From assembly GCF_001194135.2 (NCBI RefSeq), contig NC_068993.1:8952299-8996200 (forward strand): a stretch of 43,902 nucleotides of DNA. Direction: 5' to 3'. The position numbers were made by a program, and so were the translations under genes. Under the pieces are notes generated by a model. It was not told the DNA's origin, made no database searches, and saw nothing but the letters and a program-made list of their open reading frames with translations. The DNA comes from Octopus bimaculoides (lineage: Eukaryota). Of the stretch, positions 43,489 through 43,902 are shown in pieces; position 1 is the first letter of the stretch, and the number at the start of each line of letters is the position of its first letter.

Positions 43489-43679
43489 GTAATTTTTATT
43501 TTGTTTTAAATTAGCTTAAAAGCTGCATTCCATGTGGACTCTTGAACTAGCTCCTGTGGCAGACTACCTGGGCTGGTTGGGCCCAAAACTAAAATGAACA
43601 ATAATAATAATGCCTTTGTTGGTCCCTTACCAATATGGTATTACTTTAATTTCAGTTTCTTACCCTAACCCTAACCCTA

Positions 43680-43902
43680 TCATCATCATCGTTTAACGTC
43701 CGCTTTCCATGCTAGCATGGGTTGGACGATTTGACTGAGGACTGGTGAAACCGGATGGCAACACCAGGCTCCAGTCTGATTTGGCAGAGTTTCTACAGCT
43801 GGATGCCCTTCCTAACGCCAACCACTCAGAGAGTGTAGTGGGTGCTTTTACGTGTCACCCGCACGAAAACGGCCACGCACGAAATGGTGTCTTTTATGTG
43901 CC
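43680..43902 (-). mobile_element. Family C element running off the window end
   Basis: catcatcatcgtttaacgtccgctttccatgctagc. Confidence 0.88.

Noticed and set aside
43663-43679. ccctaaccctaacccta telomere-type repeat
   Set aside because: Under three units, internal to an intron; probably part of a dispersed repeat, not a telomere.

Overview
AT-rich eukaryotic genomic DNA with 11 N-gaps, dense microsatellites and tRNA-derived SINEs. The repeat landscape suggests a coleoid cephalopod, most likely Octopus (inference). Two protein-coding genes lie head-to-head. (1) On the minus strand, five coding exons (19863 to 11952, 612 aa) encode a strongly diverged DNA primase large subunit (PRIM2/PriL)-like protein. 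It keeps all four 4Fe-4S cysteines and carries a ~165-aa insertion near its C-terminus. (2) On the plus strand, the 5' part of an ISWI/SMARCA5 (SNF2H) remodeler gene has 7 constitutive exons (23014-43488, 339 aa so far) and continues beyond the window. Its 12.7-kb third intron hides a tandem array of duplicated 51-nt, frame-preserving cassette exons: three intact and one dead. They would insert Lys/acidic, SUMO-motif-bearing modules immediately before the H4-tail-mimicking AutoN patch (HRHRR). The AutoN exon itself is bracketed by two nested pairs of inverted SINEs. Also present are a CRE-type retrotransposon endonuclease relic, a rosa (DD41D)-type transposase relic, Tigger-like and TTAA-type MITEs, a 405-bp tandem duplication in the shared promoter, and small palindromic insertions. 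All calls were made by eye, and reference residues are recalled from memory. Element boundaries are approximate unless a TSD or splice site is cited.
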